64,000 nucleotides of DNA from an uncultured Methanosarcinales archaeon (GCA_964510025.1 CAZDZV010000001.1:63949-127948), one strand, 5' to 3'. Positions 27,755-38,222 are shown, counted from the stretch's first letter. Translations and numbers: made by a program. The notes: a model not told the origin generated them from the sequence alone.

Positions 27755-28357
27755 ATGAGCGAAGAGAATAAACTTTTGGTATCGCAGGACCTGTATCTGA
27801 AATCAGGCATACATATTGGAACAAAGTTCAGGACTAAATACATGGAGCAGTTCATATATAAGACCAGGCCTGATGGATTATCTGTCCTGAATCTCCAGAA
27901 GATAGATGAAAGAATAAGCATAGTTGCCAGTCTATTAGCACACTACAAGCCTGAGGAAATCCTGATAGTATCCAGAAGAGAAAACGGATGGAAAGCTGTT
28001 AAGGAATTTGGAAAGGTCACTGGCATAAAGGTTGTAGCCGGCAGATATCCTCCGGGAATGCTGACCAATCCTGCACTGGAGATTTATCATGAGGCAAAAA
28101 TAATAATGGTTACAGACTCGTGGCCTGACAGAAATGCAATATTAGATGCAAATCAGATAGGCATCCCGGTAATTGCACTATGCGACACCAACAACCAAAG
28201 CAACAACATAGATCTTGTGCTGCCATGTAACAATAAGGGAAAGAAAAGCCTTGGCCTCCTATTCTGGATCCTCGCAAGAGAATATCTGAGAAAAAAAGGC
28301 ATCATAGGTGAAAATGAAGACCTTAAGGAAAAGATTGAGGATTTCACAGAGGATTAA
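27755..28357 (+). CDS. rps2: Ribosomal protein uS2
   Basis: LLVSQDLYLKSGIHIGTKFRTKYMEQFIY. Archaeal-size at 200 aa. Confidence 0.85.
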   Translation: MSEENKLLVSQDLYLKSGIHIGTKFRTKYMEQFIYKTRPDGLSVLNLQKIDERISIVASLLAHYKPEEILIVSRRENGWKAVKEFGKVTGIKVVAGRYPPGMLTNPALEIYHEAKIIMVTDSWPDRNAILDANQIGIPVIALCDTNNQSNNIDLVLPCNNKGKKSLGLLFWILAREYLRKKGIIGENEDLKEKIEDFTED

Positions 28358-29325
28358 ATAAGCTTTATCAGGTCTTTTATGGCTTTTTCTAAATCTTTTT
28401 TTTCAAAAAGTACCTTATACACCTGGGATGTAAGAAGCATCTCAATATCATTTTTTTTGCTGAATTCATAGACAGATTTGGCTGTTGTTATACCCTCTGC
28501 TATCATACCGTGCATATCTTCCTTGATTTCTTCAAATTTTTTTCCTTGGGCTATGCGGCGCCCGACAAATCGATTTCTGCTATGCTTGCTGGTGCATGTA
28601 GCAATTAGGTCCCCTACACCAGCTAATCCATAGATAGTCTTTCGTTTTGCCCCAAAAAATCTGCCGAACTTGTTCATCTCTGTCAAACCATAAGTTATTA
28701 TGGCGCCTTTGGCATTATCTCCAAAACCAAGTCCGTCGACAACGCCGCTTGCTATCGCGGTGATGTTTTTTATGGCTCCGCATATCTCTACACCTATTAT
28801 GTCATCATGCGGATAAACCTTGAAGTATGCGGTTTCCAGGCTTGGTTTGATCTTTTGCAGCATCTCCTGGTCTTCTGATGCTATTGTGGTTGCTGTTGGT
28901 ATTTTGCGTGCTACTTCTTCACAGTGGTTTGGTCCGGAAAGCGCAACTATCTCAGCTTTTCCTAGCTCTTCACCCAAAACCTGGCTCATCCGCTTATATG
29001 TTGATTGCTCTATGCCTTTAGCTACACTTACTATTATCGAATTTTTGCCTATGTAAGGAGCAAAATCTCTTGCAGTATGCCTCATGAATTGAGATGGCAC
29101 GGCAAAGATGATCATATCGGCTCCCTTAGCTAAACTGTAATCGTTAGCCAGAAGAAGCTTATCTGAAAGCTTGATGCTGGGCAGGAACCAAGTATTTACC
29201 CTGTCTTTTTTCATTATATCCAGCAGCTCTTTTTCCCTAATCCACAGGCTAACTTCATTCTTTTCTGACAGCATATTGGCTAATGTAGTGCCCCAGCCTC
29301 CTGCGCCAACCACTGTTATTCTCAT
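28354..29325 (-). CDS. gpsA: NAD(P)H-dependent glycerol-3-phosphate dehydrogenase (bacterial GpsA type)
   Basis: MRITVVGAGGWGTTLA Rossmann start, and a GpsA-like layout along the full 323 aa. Confidence 0.8.
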   Translation of the reverse strand: MRITVVGAGGWGTTLANMLSEKNEVSLWIREKELLDIMKKDRVNTWFLPSIKLSDKLLLANDYSLAKGADMIIFAVPSQFMRHTARDFAPYIGKNSIIVSVAKGIEQSTYKRMSQVLGEELGKAEIVALSGPNHCEEVARKIPTATTIASEDQEMLQKIKPSLETAYFKVYPHDDIIGVEICGAIKNITAIASGVVDGLGFGDNAKGAIITYGLTEMNKFGRFFGAKRKTIYGLAGVGDLIATCTSKHSRNRFVGRRIAQGKKFEEIKEDMHGMIAEGITTAKSVYEFSKKNDIEMLLTSQVYKVLFEKKDLEKAIKDLIKLI

Positions 29326-29972
29326 TTGAAGTTATACTCCTGGTTTGTCAGCTTACCTATCTCCTTCATGACTTTTGTGGTTATTTTTCTTAGAGCGGCA
29401 TAATCGTTCTCTTTTCCGTAATAATCCTGAAAATACATTAATCTACCTATATGCATGTCTGCCTTTTTAAACCTTGGTATAAGTTTTCCTTTTGGGAGTA
29501 TGCTAAAGGTCCCCCTTAACCCTACTGGCAGAACAGGTACCCTTGCGTTCAAAGCAAGCCTTGCCACTCCTGTCTTCGCCCTTAGCAGCTTTCCTGTCAT
29601 CGACCTAGTGCCTTCTGGATGCAAGGATATAATCTTCCCCTGCTTTAGGGCCTTGATGGCCCAGACAACTGCCTCTTTCCCCCCTTTTTCACGGTCTACG
29701 GGTATTGCGTCTGCCCACCTGTGGAATGCTTTTTTTAGCGGACTGTCAAAATGCTCTTTTTTGGCAAGAAAATGGATGCGCTTATTAAGATAGTTGATAA
29801 ATACTGTAGAGATAATAAGATGGTCCATATATGATGCATGATTAGCAGCGATTATGAAACCCCTGTCTTTTGGAATATTTTCGAGCCCGGTAATCTTCCT
29901 AATATAAGGGGACATTAACACCTTAAAAACTCGTTTCCCTATTTCATGTACCATTCTAATACCTATATTCAA
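29322..29972 (-). CDS. 1-acyl-sn-glycerol-3-phosphate acyltransferase family (PlsC-like)
   Basis: HX4D motif ANHASYMDHL, FPEGTRS motif, and a PVLPVG block. Confidence 0.75.
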   Translation of the reverse strand: MNIGIRMVHEIGKRVFKVLMSPYIRKITGLENIPKDRGFIIAANHASYMDHLIISTVFINYLNKRIHFLAKKEHFDSPLKKAFHRWADAIPVDREKGGKEAVVWAIKALKQGKIISLHPEGTRSMTGKLLRAKTGVARLALNARVPVLPVGLRGTFSILPKGKLIPRFKKADMHIGRLMYFQDYYGKENDYAALRKITTKVMKEIGKLTNQEYNFK

Positions 29973-30603
29973 GGCCTGCCAGTCCTGCGATCCTCTCCAT
30001 TATTACCCTAGTAACATGATTCAATACCCGCTGGCTCTTCTCTTTTCCAAAATATTTGTTAAGGTGCATAGGTCTTCCAATATTTATTTCACATCGCTTA
30101 AATCCAGGAACCTTCGCTCCCTTAGGCATTATCTCATGGGTGCCTACAGAGCCGATTGGAATTACAGGAACCTGGGCTGTCAGGGCAAGTTTTGCTACGC
30201 CTGTCTTTGCTTTCATCAGGCTACCATCAATCGACCTATGACCTTCTGGAAATATGCCCACTATCTCTTTTTTCTTCAAGCAATGCAAAGCGAGCTGAAA
30301 TGCTTTTTCGTTTATTCTTTTTGCCTCTGCAGTTGATTCATCCACACGGACAGGGATGCATCTCCCCCATTCAAGAAATTTTCTTAAAAAAAAGTTTTTG
30401 TAGAAACGATCGTTGCAGTACATATGCACATATCTATTCAGATAATTCATCAACAAAGTAGGCAAAATCAGATCATCGGCAAAACTTCCATGGTTGGCAG
30501 CGAATATAAATACCGGCTCCTTGAGCTTTTCCAATCCATTAACCTTTCTTATCCAAAGCCTCACAGCTGGTACCAGACTAATTCTAGCAATAGGATAGAC
30601 CAT
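29956..30603 (-). CDS. 1-acyl-sn-glycerol-3-phosphate acyltransferase family (PlsC-like), second copy
   Basis: HX4D motif ANHGSFADDL, FPEGHRS, PVIPIG. It overlaps the previous gene. Confidence 0.75.
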   Translation of the reverse strand: MVYPIARISLVPAVRLWIRKVNGLEKLKEPVFIFAANHGSFADDLILPTLLMNYLNRYVHMYCNDRFYKNFFLRKFLEWGRCIPVRVDESTAEAKRINEKAFQLALHCLKKKEIVGIFPEGHRSIDGSLMKAKTGVAKLALTAQVPVIPIGSVGTHEIMPKGAKVPGFKRCEINIGRPMHLNKYFGKEKSQRVLNHVTRVIMERIAGLAGLEYRY

Positions 30604-31769
30604 TATTCTTTAAGCTCTTTGATTAGCGCTTCCAAAAATTGCTTGGCATCTGCAACAATACCGTAATCCGCTATTGAAAAAATCATAGCATTAGGATCCT
30701 TATTTATAGCAACAATGATTTCTGAATTCTGCATGCCCGCCCTATGCTGTATTGCCCCTGAAATACCACAGGCAATATACATTCTTGGGCGGACGGTCTT
30801 TCCGGTCTGGCCTACTTGATGATCTTTGGAAATCCATCCTTCATCTACCACTGCCCTTGAAGCTCCTACTTCAGCACCCAGCAAAGAAGCCAGCTCTTCC
30901 AGTAATTTGAAATTTTCTTTCTTACACAGCCCCCTCCCACCTGAGACGATAATCTTGGCATCATCCAAATTTGCCTTTTTCTTCTGACCTTTGATAATAT
31001 TGACAATCTTTGTCTTGCTGTCTTTATCTGTTATTTTGGCATCAACTTTGATAATCTTTCCTTCTCTTTTTTCATCCTTTGGACAAATCTCAAATATTCC
31101 CGGCCGCACTGTTGACATCTGGGGGCGGTGCTTAGGACATTTAATCTGTGCCATTATATTGCCGCCAAATGCAGGTCTTGTCTGTAAAAGCAGGCCGTCG
31201 TTGTCAATATCCAAACCTGTACAGTCTGCAGTCAATCCTGTATCGATACGCTGCGCAATCCGGGGGGCTAAGTCCCGCCCGATATTGGTGGCGCCATATA
31301 TCACTATCTGGGGATTTTCTTTTTGTATTAGTTCAGATATGACCTTTGCATATGGATCCGTCCTGTAGTCTTTAAGCTGCTTGTTTTCAAACAGGTAGAC
31401 TTTATCTGCGCCATGCTGGATCAGCTGCTCAGACAAAGAATCCTGCTTTTCACAGGCAAGCACAGCTCCTACCTGCACATTTAGTTTTTGTGCAAGCGCT
31501 CTTGCCTTACCCAGAATCTCAAATGATACTCTTGATATCCTATTATTTCTCTGCTCTGCAAATATCCAGACCTCATCTCCATCCTTTCTCTTCTGTTTTG
31601 CAGGCTTTACCGTGTAAACCTCGACGTATCTATTGTCTATTGCATTTTGCAGATCCAGCGAATCGCTTACGTCAGCATAATCGTCTCCCTTATTAAGGAC
31701 TACCCCGTTTATAGTAAGCGAAAATCCCGGATAATCATCTTTTAGTCTAACTTTTACCATTTCAATCAA
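30603..31769 (-). CDS. etfA: Electron transfer flavoprotein alpha subunit
   Basis: C-terminal FAD block IVAINKDPNAMIFSIADYGIVAD. It carries an N-terminal extension of about 70 aa. Confidence 0.8.
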   Translation of the reverse strand: MIEMVKVRLKDDYPGFSLTINGVVLNKGDDYADVSDSLDLQNAIDNRYVEVYTVKPAKQKRKDGDEVWIFAEQRNNRISRVSFEILGKARALAQKLNVQVGAVLACEKQDSLSEQLIQHGADKVYLFENKQLKDYRTDPYAKVISELIQKENPQIVIYGATNIGRDLAPRIAQRIDTGLTADCTGLDIDNDGLLLQTRPAFGGNIMAQIKCPKHRPQMSTVRPGIFEICPKDEKREGKIIKVDAKITDKDSKTKIVNIIKGQKKKANLDDAKIIVSGGRGLCKKENFKLLEELASLLGAEVGASRAVVDEGWISKDHQVGQTGKTVRPRMYIACGISGAIQHRAGMQNSEIIVAINKDPNAMIFSIADYGIVADAKQFLEALIKELKE

Positions 31770-32550
31770 ATTTCTGGATCATTTCTTTTTGCTTAAACTC
31801 ATCAATAAGCTTTGTGGCCATCTCCTTAACATTTCCCTTGAGCATCTCGCCGGGTGATTTTGCACTGGGAGTGAATGTCTTCTTCACTTTGGTTGGGCTT
31901 GACTTAATTCCTACCTTGCTATCCTGTACATTAATGTCCTTGGCAGACCAAATGACCATCTCTTTTTCAAATGACTTATCTATCCCCTCTAGGGTAGGAT
32001 ATCCCGGATCATTCAGATTGGCTGTGCATGTCAGCAAAACCGGAAACTTTGACTCAATTATCTCATATCCATCTTCCAGTTCCCTTTCAGCAACCACCTT
32101 TTCCCTTTCAACACTTATTTTCTGCACGTAAGTTATCTGGGGTATATCCAAAGACTCCGCAAGCTGGGGCCCGACCTGGGCTGTATCGCCGTCAATCGCT
32201 TGCCTCCCACAAAGCACCATGTCATAGTCTTTTATCTTATTTATTGCTGCAGCCAGGGCGTTTGCCGTTGCCCAGGTATCTGAACCGGCAAACTTAATGT
32301 CTGAAAGGAGAATCGCCTGGTCAGCGCCCATAGCAAGCGCTTCCCTCAGGGCATCTTCTGCTTGCGGCGGGCCCATCGTGATTACTGTGACCTTAGATTT
32401 GTCCTTAATTCTAATTGCTTCTGCTATTGCATTTTTGTCCTCTGGGTTGATTATGGTGGGGACACCTTCCCTTATCAAACGGCCTGTTTTGGGATCTATC
32501 TTAACCTCTGTTGTATCGGGCACCTGTTTAATGCAGACAATAATGTGCAT
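31762..32550 (-). CDS. etfB: Electron transfer flavoprotein beta subunit
   Basis: MHIIVCIKQVPDT start typical of EtfB. 262 aa. Confidence 0.8.
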   Translation of the reverse strand: MHIIVCIKQVPDTTEVKIDPKTGRLIREGVPTIINPEDKNAIAEAIRIKDKSKVTVITMGPPQAEDALREALAMGADQAILLSDIKFAGSDTWATANALAAAINKIKDYDMVLCGRQAIDGDTAQVGPQLAESLDIPQITYVQKISVEREKVVAERELEDGYEIIESKFPVLLTCTANLNDPGYPTLEGIDKSFEKEMVIWSAKDINVQDSKVGIKSSPTKVKKTFTPSAKSPGEMLKGNVKEMATKLIDEFKQKEMIQKFD

Positions 32551-32551
32551 C

Positions 32552-33706
32552 TTAGAAACCCCTACCGAGCAGCTGTGCAGCTATAACCAGGCGCTGAATC
32601 TCGCTAGTGCCCTCATATATCTCCGTAATCTTGGCATCCCTGTAAAGACGCTCTAAAGGATAATCCTTCATATAACCGTAACCTCCATGAATCTGGATTG
32701 CTTTCCGGGTAACATCCATTGCTACCTCCGATGCGAACAGTTTAGCCATAGCTGCTTCTTTTATGTATTTCTTCTTCTGATCTTTGAGATATGCTGCCCT
32801 GAAACAAAGGAGCCTGGCTGCCTCTATCGATGTGGCCATGTCTGCAAGCATAAACTGAATCGATTGGAACTTGTGCAACTTCCTTTTAAACTGTTCCCTT
32901 TCATTCACATATTTCAGTGATTCCTCATATGCAGCCTGGGCTATGCCAACTCCTTGCGCGCCTATTCCGATTCTTCCTGAATCTAAGGTCCACATCGTCT
33001 GCATAAATCCCCTTCCTTCAATACCTCCAATAAGGTTGGCTTGGGGCACGCGCATATCCTGAAAGATTATCTCTGATGTATTGCTGCCTCTAAGGCCTAG
33101 CTTGTCTTCCTTTTTCCCTACACTGAAGCCTGGAGTCTTTTTTGGCTCGACTATAAAAAGTGAAATGCCCTTATAGCCCGCGCTTTTATCTGTCATAGCA
33201 ACAATATTTATAAGATCGGCCACCCCGCCGTTGGTGATAAAAATCTTGCTCCCGTTTATTATAAATTCATCCTTGTCTTTCACTGCTGTCGTCTGAACAT
33301 TTGATGCATCGCTTCCTGCATTCGGTTCAGTCAGGGCAAAAGCCCCAAGATATTTACCTGAAGCAAGCAAAGGCAGAAATTTCCTTTTCTGTTCTTCTGT
33401 ACCGTAATTTACTATCGGGCCGCAGGCCAAGCTTGTATGGGCCCCCATCGTCACCGCGGTTGCGTTGCATGCTCGCGACATCTCCTCCATTATTATTGTC
33501 TGAGAAACAGCATCCAGCTCGGCCCCCTTATACTTCTTGGGTATCGACATGCCCATTATTCCTAGCTGTGAAAGCTTCTTGATCTGCTCTGAAGGAAAAA
33601 TCTCTCTCTGATCAGCTTCAGCGGCAAAGGGCTTAACTTCCTTTTCCGCGAACGCATGGATCATGCTTTTTATCATCAACTGCTTTTTAGTAAAGCTAAA
33701 GTCCAT
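32552..33706 (-). CDS. Acyl-CoA dehydrogenase (butyryl-CoA dehydrogenase-like)
   Basis: ACAD N-terminal, middle and C-terminal domains. Catalytic Glu in YEGTSEIQ. 384 aa. Confidence 0.85.
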   Translation of the reverse strand: MDFSFTKKQLMIKSMIHAFAEKEVKPFAAEADQREIFPSEQIKKLSQLGIMGMSIPKKYKGAELDAVSQTIIMEEMSRACNATAVTMGAHTSLACGPIVNYGTEEQKRKFLPLLASGKYLGAFALTEPNAGSDASNVQTTAVKDKDEFIINGSKIFITNGGVADLINIVAMTDKSAGYKGISLFIVEPKKTPGFSVGKKEDKLGLRGSNTSEIIFQDMRVPQANLIGGIEGRGFMQTMWTLDSGRIGIGAQGVGIAQAAYEESLKYVNEREQFKRKLHKFQSIQFMLADMATSIEAARLLCFRAAYLKDQKKKYIKEAAMAKLFASEVAMDVTRKAIQIHGGYGYMKDYPLERLYRDAKITEIYEGTSEIQRLVIAAQLLGRGF

Positions 33707-33719
33707 TGTTTCCCCCCGA

Positions 33720-34454
33720 TTAAATCATCATCGCACCATCTACACGAATTACCTGGCCCGAGATATATCTGGCGCTGTCTGATGCAAGAAATACCGCCAA
33801 GTCAGCAACATCCTTCGGCGTTCCCATCTCCCTAAAGGATATAATCTCAAGTATCTTATCTAACATGACAACAGGTATCTTTTCTGTCATCCTGCTTTTT
33901 ATGAAACCAGGAGCGATGGCATTGACTGTTATTTTATGCTTTCCCACTTCCTTAGCCAATGATTTTGTAAATCCAATAATACCTGCTTTAGTTGCAGCAT
34001 AATTACACTGCCCAAAATTTCCGCCAAGGCCCACGACAGAGGATATGTTAATAATCCTTCCTCCCTCAGGTATCAGGGGTAGCATGTTATGGGTAACATT
34101 ATAGATTCCTGTTAAATTAACATTAATAACAGCGTTCCATTCCTCGGGCGTCATTTTTTTCAGTGTCCTGTCCTTTGTTATCCCTGCATTATTGATGAGA
34201 ATATCAACTTTCTTATGCTTGTCCTTTATTTCTTCTGCCATAGATTTGCAGTCTTCAAAATTAGATACATCAGCCGTCACGACGTAGGCCTCTACACCGA
34301 GATCCTTAAGCTCTGCTGCGAATGAGTTCGCCTGATTTTCAGCTGATTTAATGTCATTTATAATGATATTTACCCCTTGTTTAGCTAGTTCTAGAGCAAT
34401 GGCCTTTCCAATGCCCTGAGAAGCACCAGAAATCAAAGCAAATTTTCCTTTCAT
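33720..34454 (-). CDS. 3-oxoacyl reductase (FabG-like SDR)
   Basis: Rossmann ISGASQGIGKA, NNAG, and a YxxxK catalytic motif. Start taken at the internal MKGKFALISGAS. Confidence 0.8.
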   Translation of the reverse strand: MKGKFALISGASQGIGKAIALELAKQGVNIIINDIKSAENQANSFAAELKDLGVEAYVVTADVSNFEDCKSMAEEIKDKHKKVDILINNAGITKDRTLKKMTPEEWNAVINVNLTGIYNVTHNMLPLIPEGGRIINISSVVGLGGNFGQCNYAATKAGIIGFTKSLAKEVGKHKITVNAIAPGFIKSRMTEKIPVVMLDKILEIISFREMGTPKDVADLAVFLASDSARYISGQVIRVDGAMMI

Positions 34455-34738
34455 TAAATCACCCAAAAAAAAAGAAATTGTGAGCATATTTAAATTTTTC
34501 TAAACGTTAGATTTATAAATAAGTCTTGAATTCAATTCCCCATGAGCAATAGATACTACAGCAACAGATTGAGAAAAATAGAAAAGAAAAAGCTCAAGGT
34601 CAGAAGAAGAAAAAGCAGACCAAAATCTTTTAAGACAGAGGAAGCCGCCAGAAAATGGGCGGAATCTAACAAGATTAAAAAATATGTCCTGAAAGACCTG
34701 AAAACAGGGGATAAGAAGAAGATTATAGTGGTAGCTGA

Positions 34739-35863
34739 TTAGACTTTCTTTAGTATATGGCATGTAGTTGTGCCGCCCGCTCCTCCGATGTTATGTGCCA
34801 GTGCAATTTTAGTCCGTGTGAGCTGACGATCTCCTGCCTTGTTTCTCATCTGCTCCACTATTTCATAGATCATCCCAAGCCCTGTAGCTGAGACAGGATG
34901 ACCTTTTGCCTTCAATCCCCCAGAAGTGTTTATAGGCAGCCTGCCATCTATGTTAACATAACCATCCCTTATAAGCTTATACGCCTCTCCTTTTTTGCAG
35001 AAACCGATATCTTCATAAGCGATAAGCTCAACGCTGGTGAACGCGTCATGAACCTCCGCAAAATCAATATCTGATCTCTGCAAATTGGCCTGTTTAAAAG
35101 CCTCGTTGGCTGTAACGACAGAACCATCCCATGTTGTCATATCATCTCTTTCAAAAGGAAGAGGATCGGTGCACAAAGAAGACGCCAGAATCTTAACTTC
35201 TGTTTTGTCTTTTGTCAAAACTGCAGCAACAGAGCCATCTACGCTTATGCTGCAGTCAAAGAGCCTGAGAGGGGAAGTTACGATATGAGCATTCTTGATA
35301 TCTTCAAAAGACACCTTTTTCTTGTAAAAATAGGCCTTTGGGTTCAGGAATGCGTTCTCATGGTTCTTAAAGGCCACTAATGCAAGGTCATCTGTAGTCG
35401 TATCTGGATAGTTATCAAGGTATTGCTGGGCAATCAATGCATTTTCTCCTGGAAAGTTCAATCCTTCCAATTGTTCCCATCTTGATTCAGCTGCCATACC
35501 GAACTCTTCAGTAATATGCTCGGTGTTCCTTGTATTACCATGCAGCTTTTCAACTCCCACGGCGAGTATATTGTCGTAGCCAATCCTATTTGCTGTCCAT
35601 AAAGCGGCTCCTCCACCTGCACATGCTGCTGGCACCCTGATTATAGGGATATTTTTTTTTAGCATACCTGATAGCATTGAAGAAAAATGCCGTTGAAATT
35701 CTCCAGTATAAAACCATTCCAAGGTACTGCACACAACAGCATCGATCTTATTAAGGGAAATGTCTGCATCTTTCAGGGCCTCAGTTATGGCCTGGTAGGC
35801 CAAAAGATGGGAGGGTTTGTCGTGAATCCTGTATGGTGTTGAACCTACCCCCTTAATGTACAT
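34739..35863 (-). CDS. Archaeal-type thiolase (SCP-x/acetyl-CoA C-acyltransferase-like)
   Basis: Active-site VPAACAGG and a thiolase fold. 374 aa. Confidence 0.7.
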   Translation of the reverse strand: MYIKGVGSTPYRIHDKPSHLLAYQAITEALKDADISLNKIDAVVCSTLEWFYTGEFQRHFSSMLSGMLKKNIPIIRVPAACAGGGAALWTANRIGYDNILAVGVEKLHGNTRNTEHITEEFGMAAESRWEQLEGLNFPGENALIAQQYLDNYPDTTTDDLALVAFKNHENAFLNPKAYFYKKKVSFEDIKNAHIVTSPLRLFDCSISVDGSVAAVLTKDKTEVKILASSLCTDPLPFERDDMTTWDGSVVTANEAFKQANLQRSDIDFAEVHDAFTSVELIAYEDIGFCKKGEAYKLIRDGYVNIDGRLPINTSGGLKAKGHPVSATGLGMIYEIVEQMRNKAGDRQLTRTKIALAHNIGGAGGTTTCHILKKV

Positions 35864-36392
35864 TTACTTCACCATACCCAATTTCCAGTGCCTTCCTGTT
35901 TAGACCTATCAGCTGTTCTTTCCCCTTAAGTACTATTGGGAGAGCCTGAAACGCAGATTTGATATTTAGAATGTTCCGGCTACCAATATATGCTCCGACA
36001 AGTATGAGATTGGCTACTTTCTTATTACCTAGCTGTTCTGCCAGCCTGGTGGCTTCAATTCCTATCTTATTGAGGTCTTTTCTTGCAGGACTTACCCTAC
36101 ACTCAGATGTGTTCAGTATGATGAGTCCTTTCTTCTGAATCAGGGGTTCAAACCTTTCGAGTGATGGCTGATTCATTATGATAGCAGTGCTAGGATTTAC
36201 GACAACAGGAGAACCGATGGGTTTATCAGAGATGATTGCTGTTGAATTGGCAGTGCCTCCGCGCATCTCTACCCCATAGCTAACCATGCCGCATGTATGC
36301 AGGCCCTGTTCCATGGCGGCGTTAGCTATCAATGAGCCCGCCAACACAACACCCTGACCACCATATCCTGCACACGTAATTTTATCTATCAT
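35853..36392 (-). CDS. korG: 2-oxoacid:ferredoxin oxidoreductase gamma subunit
   Basis: CAGYGGQGVV start typical of KorG/PorG. Confidence 0.75.
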   Translation of the reverse strand: MIDKITCAGYGGQGVVLAGSLIANAAMEQGLHTCGMVSYGVEMRGGTANSTAIISDKPIGSPVVVNPSTAIIMNQPSLERFEPLIQKKGLIILNTSECRVSPARKDLNKIGIEATRLAEQLGNKKVANLILVGAYIGSRNILNIKSAFQALPIVLKGKEQLIGLNRKALEIGYGEVNVH

Positions 36393-37173
36393 TGTCTCTA
36401 AAAACCCCCAAGGGAAAATACTCTTGCATCTGTTCCACGAACTTGATGCTATCTTTCATGTCTTTATGCCAGTTTGTAGGGCACATTGACAGAACTTCAA
36501 CAAAACTATAGCCTTTGCCATCAAGCTGGTATTGGAAAGCTTTCTTTATCGCGTTTCTTGTCCTTTTTATATTTGCGGCGCTGTTGACTGCTACCCTTTC
36601 AATATAAGAGGGCGCTTCAAGTACCGATAGAAGCTCACACATCTTGATAGGAGGGCCTTCTTGATTTCTGCCCCTGCCTTCCGGAGTGGTCGTAGTCCTC
36701 TGCCCGGGGATTGTCGTTGGAGCCATCTGGCCACCTGTCATTCCGTATACTGCGTTGTTAATAAAAATCACAGTTATATTTTCGCCTCTGTTTGCCGTAT
36801 GAATCGTCTCATTTGTTCCAATCGCCGCCAAATCACCGTCACCCTGGTAGGCGAAAACCAGTTTATCTGGCAGACATCGCTTTATTGCCGACATCACAGA
36901 TGGGACCCTGCCGTGGGCGCACTCAATAACATCGATATTAAAGTAATTGTAAAAAAGAACCGCACAACCTACGGGGGCGCTAGCTATTGTCTTTTCTCGA
37001 AGATTCATCTCATCCAGAATTTCTCCAATCAGCCTGTGTACGATGATATGCCCGCAGCCCGGACAGTAGTGCATCCTTGCATCTTTTAGTGATTTGATCG
37101 ACTTAGCATCCTGATTCTTTTTTGGAGCATAATCGTGCTCTTCTGTCAGCTCGTATCTTCTATATGGTTTCAT
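36382..37173 (-). CDS. korB: 2-oxoacid:ferredoxin oxidoreductase beta subunit (TPP-binding)
   Basis: CPGCGH motif and a GDG TPP motif. Start taken at MKPYRRYE, giving an ATGA overlap with the korA stop. Confidence 0.8.
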   Translation of the reverse strand: MKPYRRYELTEEHDYAPKKNQDAKSIKSLKDARMHYCPGCGHIIVHRLIGEILDEMNLREKTIASAPVGCAVLFYNYFNIDVIECAHGRVPSVMSAIKRCLPDKLVFAYQGDGDLAAIGTNETIHTANRGENITVIFINNAVYGMTGGQMAPTTIPGQRTTTTPEGRGRNQEGPPIKMCELLSVLEAPSYIERVAVNSAANIKRTRNAIKKAFQYQLDGKGYSFVEVLSMCPTNWHKDMKDSIKFVEQMQEYFPLGVFRDNDR

Positions 37174-38222
37174 ATTATTTCCTGAATCTTTTTGAATATC
37201 TGTTCGGTATCCGGATACCAGCCACCGCCATGTCCAAGAAAATGATATTGCCCTTTGCATTCGGTGGACAGTCTCACGTCCTCTATAAACTGGCCCTCAC
37301 TCATCTCTACTATGAGAAAAGTTTTTTCTGCATATTTCCTGAATATGGACTTAGGGAAGGGCCACAGGGCAATTGGTCTAATCATGCCCACCTTCAACCC
37401 GTTTTCCCTTGCTACATCCACTGCCTCCCTAGAAACTCGCGCCGAGATACCATATGAAGCTATCAGAATATCCGCATCCTTGGTCTCGTATTCCTCGCAG
37501 AGCTGCAAATCCTTCTCAATCTTTCTGTACTTCTTCTGCAGATGTATATTATGCTTTACAAGCAGATCAGGAGGTCTGAGCAAAAGCGTTTTTATGATGT
37601 GGGGTGATCTACCTTCACAACCTGTCAGAGTCCAGCTGTCTTTTCTTGGAAGCTTTAGGATCGGATTATAGGGCCTCATTTCAACAGGCTCTACCATCTG
37701 GCCCATTATCCCATCTGAAAGAACCATCACCGGATTTCTGTAATAATCTGCAAAATCAAATGCCTTCATCATCAGGCCATATAGTTCTTGCAGATTTGAG
37801 GGTGAAAGCACTATAAGACGATAATCTCCATGGCCACCGCCTTTTGTGGCTTGAAAATAATCTCCCTGAGAACCGCGGATATTGCCTAGGCCTGGCCCTC
37901 CCCTCTGCATGTTGACAATGACGCATGGAAGCTCTGCTGCTGCTATATAAGAAATACCTTCCTGCTTTAAGGCGATGCCCGGGCTGCTTGATGAAGTCAT
38001 ACATCTTGTCCCTGTTGAAGCCGCCCCGAACAGCATGTTAATTGCTGACAGCTCTGCCTCTGCCTGTATGAAGATGCCTCCTGCCTCAGGCATAAAAATT
38101 GACATATATTCCGGCACCTCGTTCTGGGGAGTTATAGGATAGCCGGCATAGAACCTGCATTTTGCTGCAATGGCTGCATGAACCAGGGCTTCATTTCCTT
38201 TCATAAGTCTTTTTTCATGCAT
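37170..38222 (-). CDS. korA: 2-oxoacid:ferredoxin oxidoreductase alpha subunit
   Basis: GNEALVHAAIAAKCRFYAGYPITP start typical of KorA/PorA. Confidence 0.8.
   Translation of the reverse strand: MHEKRLMKGNEALVHAAIAAKCRFYAGYPITPQNEVPEYMSIFMPEAGGIFIQAEAELSAINMLFGAASTGTRCMTSSSSPGIALKQEGISYIAAAELPCVIVNMQRGGPGLGNIRGSQGDYFQATKGGGHGDYRLIVLSPSNLQELYGLMMKAFDFADYYRNPVMVLSDGIMGQMVEPVEMRPYNPILKLPRKDSWTLTGCEGRSPHIIKTLLLRPPDLLVKHNIHLQKKYRKIEKDLQLCEEYETKDADILIASYGISARVSREAVDVARENGLKVGMIRPIALWPFPKSIFRKYAEKTFLIVEMSEGQFIEDVRLSTECKGQYHFLGHGGGWYPDTEQIFKKIQEII

Noticed and set aside
34542-34742. 66-aa highly basic plus-strand ORF in the gap between fabG-like and thiolase genes
   Set aside because: It could be a small nucleic-acid-binding protein, but it sits in a convergent terminator-like gap and overlaps the thiolase stop. 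I have no supporting motif, so I did not list it as a feature.
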